From Lentisphaeria bacterium (GTDB taxonomy: Bacteria; Verrucomicrobiota; Lentisphaeria; JABSQK01; JAWLHB01), in the NCBI GenBank assembly GCA_041690595.1, contig JAWLHB010000016.1, positions 124,001 to 152,167 of the forward strand: a stretch of DNA of 28,167 nucleotides. The letters are read 5' to 3'. The notes below the pieces were generated by a model. The model ran no database searches, was not told the DNA's origin, and was given only the letters and a program-made list of their open reading frames with translations. The translations under genes and the position numbers were made by a program. Shown here in pieces: positions 25,845-28,167 of the stretch; positions within the stretch are counted from its first letter, which is position 1; the number at the start of each line of letters is the position of its first letter.

Positions 25845-27992
25845 ATGAAGAAACATGGCGATGACAAGATGAAGAAGGAAGGAAAGGGAAAGGACGAGGA
25901 TCTGGAGCAGTTTCGCGCGGATCCGGAGGGGGAGCGGCTGACGACGAATCAGGGGGTGAGGGTGAGTCATACGGATGATTCGCTGACCGCAGGGGCCCGG
26001 GGACCGACACTGATGGAGGACTTCCATTTCCGGGAGAAGATGACGCACTTCGATCATGAGCGCATCCCGGAACGGATCGTTCACGCGCGGGGGTCGGGGG
26101 CGCACGGCTACTTCCAGGTTTACGAGTCGATGGCGGAGTACACCAAGGCGGGCTTCCTGCAGGATCCGGAGAAGAAGACGCCGGTTTTCGTGCGCTTTTC
26201 GACGGTGGTGGGTTTTCGCGGTTCGGCCGACACGGTGCGGGATGTGCGCGGTTTCGCCACGAAGTTCTATACGGAAGAGGGGAATTACGACCTGGTGGGC
26301 AACAACATGCCCGTCTTCTTCATCCAGGATGCGATCAAGTTTCCCGACTTGGTGCACGCGATCAAGCCGGAACCGCACGACGAGATGCCGCAGGCCTCGG
26401 CGGCGCATGACAACTTCTGGGATTTCATCTCGCTGACGCCGGAATCCGCTCACACGATCATGTGGGTGCTTTCGGATCGGGCGCTGCCGCGGAGCTTTCG
26501 CATGATGGAAGGCTTCGGGGTGCACACCTTTCGGTTCATCAACGCGGCCGGGAAGGCGCGCTTCGTGAAGTTCCACTGGAAGCCGGTAGCGGGAACGCAG
26601 TCGCTGGTATGGGATGAGTCGCAGAAGCTGGCCGGCAAGGATCCGGACTGGTTGCGGCGGGATCTGTGGGAAGCGATCGACATGGGAGACTTTCCCGAGT
26701 TCGAGCTTGGGGTGCAGATCGTGGAGGAAGAGGACGAGCACAGCTTCGACTTCGACCTCCTTGACGCGACAAAGATCATTCCGGAAGACGAGGTGCCGGT
26801 CCGGCTGATCGGCAAGATGACGCTGAACCGGAATCCGGACAACTTCTTCGCGGAAACGGAGCAGGTGGCCTTTCATCCGGGGCACGTGGTTCCCGGGATC
26901 GACTTCACCAACGATCCGCTGCTTCAGGGGCGCCTCTTCTCGTACCTGGATACGCAAATCATCCGTCTCGGCGGCCCGAACTTCCATGAGATTCCGATCA
27001 ATCGGCCGCTGGCGAGCGTCCGCAACAACCAGCGAGACGGCTTCGCCCGGCAGACGATCGACACGGGGCGCACCAACTATTCGCCGAATTCGATGGGAGG
27101 GGGCTGCCCGATGACCTCGCCGGAGAATATGGGCGGTTACGTGCACCACATGGAGAAGGTGGAAGGTCGGAAGGTGCGGGAACGGAGCGAGAGCTTCAAG
27201 GATCACTTCAGCCAGGCAACGATGTTCTGGAACAGCCTGACGGTACCCGAGCAGGACCGGCTGGTTATGGCCTGCCATTTCGAGCTGGGCAAGGTGAAAA
27301 GCAAGGAGGTCCAGCAGCGCATGATCGACGAGTTTCTCAACAAGATCGACTTTGGGCTGGCGGTCCGCGCCGCCAAAGGCATCGGCATCTCGCCGCCGAC
27401 GGTTTTTGCCGGGAAGGGGGTGACGAAGAAGGCGCCCGAGGTGAGCATCGAGTTCCGGGCGCGTCAGGATACGATCCAGAGCCGCCGCGTTGCGATCCTG
27501 GCGGCGGATGGGGTCGATGCCGACCGTCTGATGGCAGTGAAATCGGCCTTGATGGAGAAGGGGGCGATGTGCGACGTGATTGCCAGGAACAAGGGCATGC
27601 TGGCGGGAGCCCAGGATGGCGAGGTGATGGTCGACAAGAACTACGTGACCACGGCGTCGATCATGTACGACGCGGTCTTCGTGGCCGGCGGCCAGGCGAG
27701 CGTGGATGCGCTGAAGGGCCATGGCGACGCGATCTTCTTCGTTCAGGAGGCGTTCCGGCACGGCAAGCCAATCGGGGCGCTGGATGCGGGAATCGAGCTG
27801 CTGACGGAGGCGCGTCTGGCCGGGATTAAGCCGGCCAAGCAGGACGCGGGCAAGGTGACGGTGGACAAGGGGGTGGTCACGCAGTGGCTGGGCAAGAAAG
27901 GATCTGTCGATGGCTTTGTCGATGCCTTTGTCGCGGCGATCGGCCAGCACCGTCACTGGAACAGGGAGAAGAAAGACGAGGTGCCGGCATAA
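25845..27992 (+). CDS. katE: Catalase HPII (large-subunit, clade 2) with C-terminal DJ-1/GATase-like domain, 715 aa
   Basis: Active-site motif FDHERIPERIVHARGSG; VRFSTV; DLVGNN; proximal haem ligand motif RLFSYLDTQ; C-terminal RRVAILAADG..YDAVFVAGG..EAFRHGKPIG..HRHWNR. Confidence 0.97.
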   Translation: MKKHGDDKMKKEGKGKDEDLEQFRADPEGERLTTNQGVRVSHTDDSLTAGARGPTLMEDFHFREKMTHFDHERIPERIVHARGSGAHGYFQVYESMAEYTKAGFLQDPEKKTPVFVRFSTVVGFRGSADTVRDVRGFATKFYTEEGNYDLVGNNMPVFFIQDAIKFPDLVHAIKPEPHDEMPQASAAHDNFWDFISLTPESAHTIMWVLSDRALPRSFRMMEGFGVHTFRFINAAGKARFVKFHWKPVAGTQSLVWDESQKLAGKDPDWLRRDLWEAIDMGDFPEFELGVQIVEEEDEHSFDFDLLDATKIIPEDEVPVRLIGKMTLNRNPDNFFAETEQVAFHPGHVVPGIDFTNDPLLQGRLFSYLDTQIIRLGGPNFHEIPINRPLASVRNNQRDGFARQTIDTGRTNYSPNSMGGGCPMTSPENMGGYVHHMEKVEGRKVRERSESFKDHFSQATMFWNSLTVPEQDRLVMACHFELGKVKSKEVQQRMIDEFLNKIDFGLAVRAAKGIGISPPTVFAGKGVTKKAPEVSIEFRARQDTIQSRRVAILAADGVDADRLMAVKSALMEKGAMCDVIARNKGMLAGAQDGEVMVDKNYVTTASIMYDAVFVAGGQASVDALKGHGDAIFFVQEAFRHGKPIGALDAGIELLTEARLAGIKPAKQDAGKVTVDKGVVTQWLGKKGSVDGFVDAFVAAIGQHRHWNREKKDEVPA

Positions 27993-28049
27993 CGCCGCAA
28001 CCAAAGGTTTCCAGTCTCGGGGTGACACAGTTGACGCGATTATGATTAC

Positions 28050-28075
28050 CACGAAGAACACGAAGGACACGTAAG
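28050..28075. repeat. Short 9-bp-period repeat (CACGAAG)
   Basis: CACGAAGAA CACGAAGGA CACGTAAG downstream of katE. Confidence 0.5.
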
Positions 28076-28167
28076 CGTCAAAAATACCCCATGTTGTTTT
28101 TGGGGCCAGACGCCTACGCGGCTTGGGCCTTGGCTTCGCGCTTTGCTTTCCAGACGTCGGGGAGGAA

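Noticed and set aside
25473..28070. 865-aa minus-strand ORF
   Set aside because: Antisense shadow of katE, which carries all the catalase motifs.
1..28167. C-rich left end versus G-rich right end as a replication origin or terminus skew switch
   Set aside because: The bias follows the coding strand of the genes; no DnaA-box cluster or dif-like site was seen, and the window is too short to judge.

Overview
GC-rich bacterial DNA. The [18 protein letters not shown] pilin-like genes and the gene content suggest the PVC superphylum, probably Lentisphaeria-like (inference). Positions 1-20197 form one tightly packed minus-strand operon of at least 20 kb (gaps 16-54 nt) that runs off the left edge. 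In transcription order it holds: sigma70 promoter, LacI-family regulator, pilin-like protein A, two ~1190-aa secreted glycoside-hydrolase-like paralogs, a cytoplasmic PL26/YetA-like protein, a secreted beta-helix protein, a third paralog, pilin-like protein B, and a fourth paralog with two LamG-like domains (missing from the ORF track because it has no stop in the window). Three TAACGTTA-core palindromes, probably LacI operators, sit in the first three non-coding gaps. The locus looks like a polysaccharide-utilisation locus, but no SusC/SusD, TonB receptor or transporter is visible; pilin-like genes sit where uptake genes might be expected. Upstream lie a GH38-fold gene whose canonical Zn ligands appear substituted, a 40-bp loopless palindrome and a hotdog thioesterase. 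On the plus strand a sigma54-type promoter precedes an extremely acidic Asp/Tyr-rich secreted protein and a Gln-rich EF-hand-loop/OB-fold-like secreted protein, followed by a terminator and a large-subunit catalase (katE). No rRNA, tRNA, CRISPR or mobile element was seen. Family assignments come from motif recognition by eye, not database searches.
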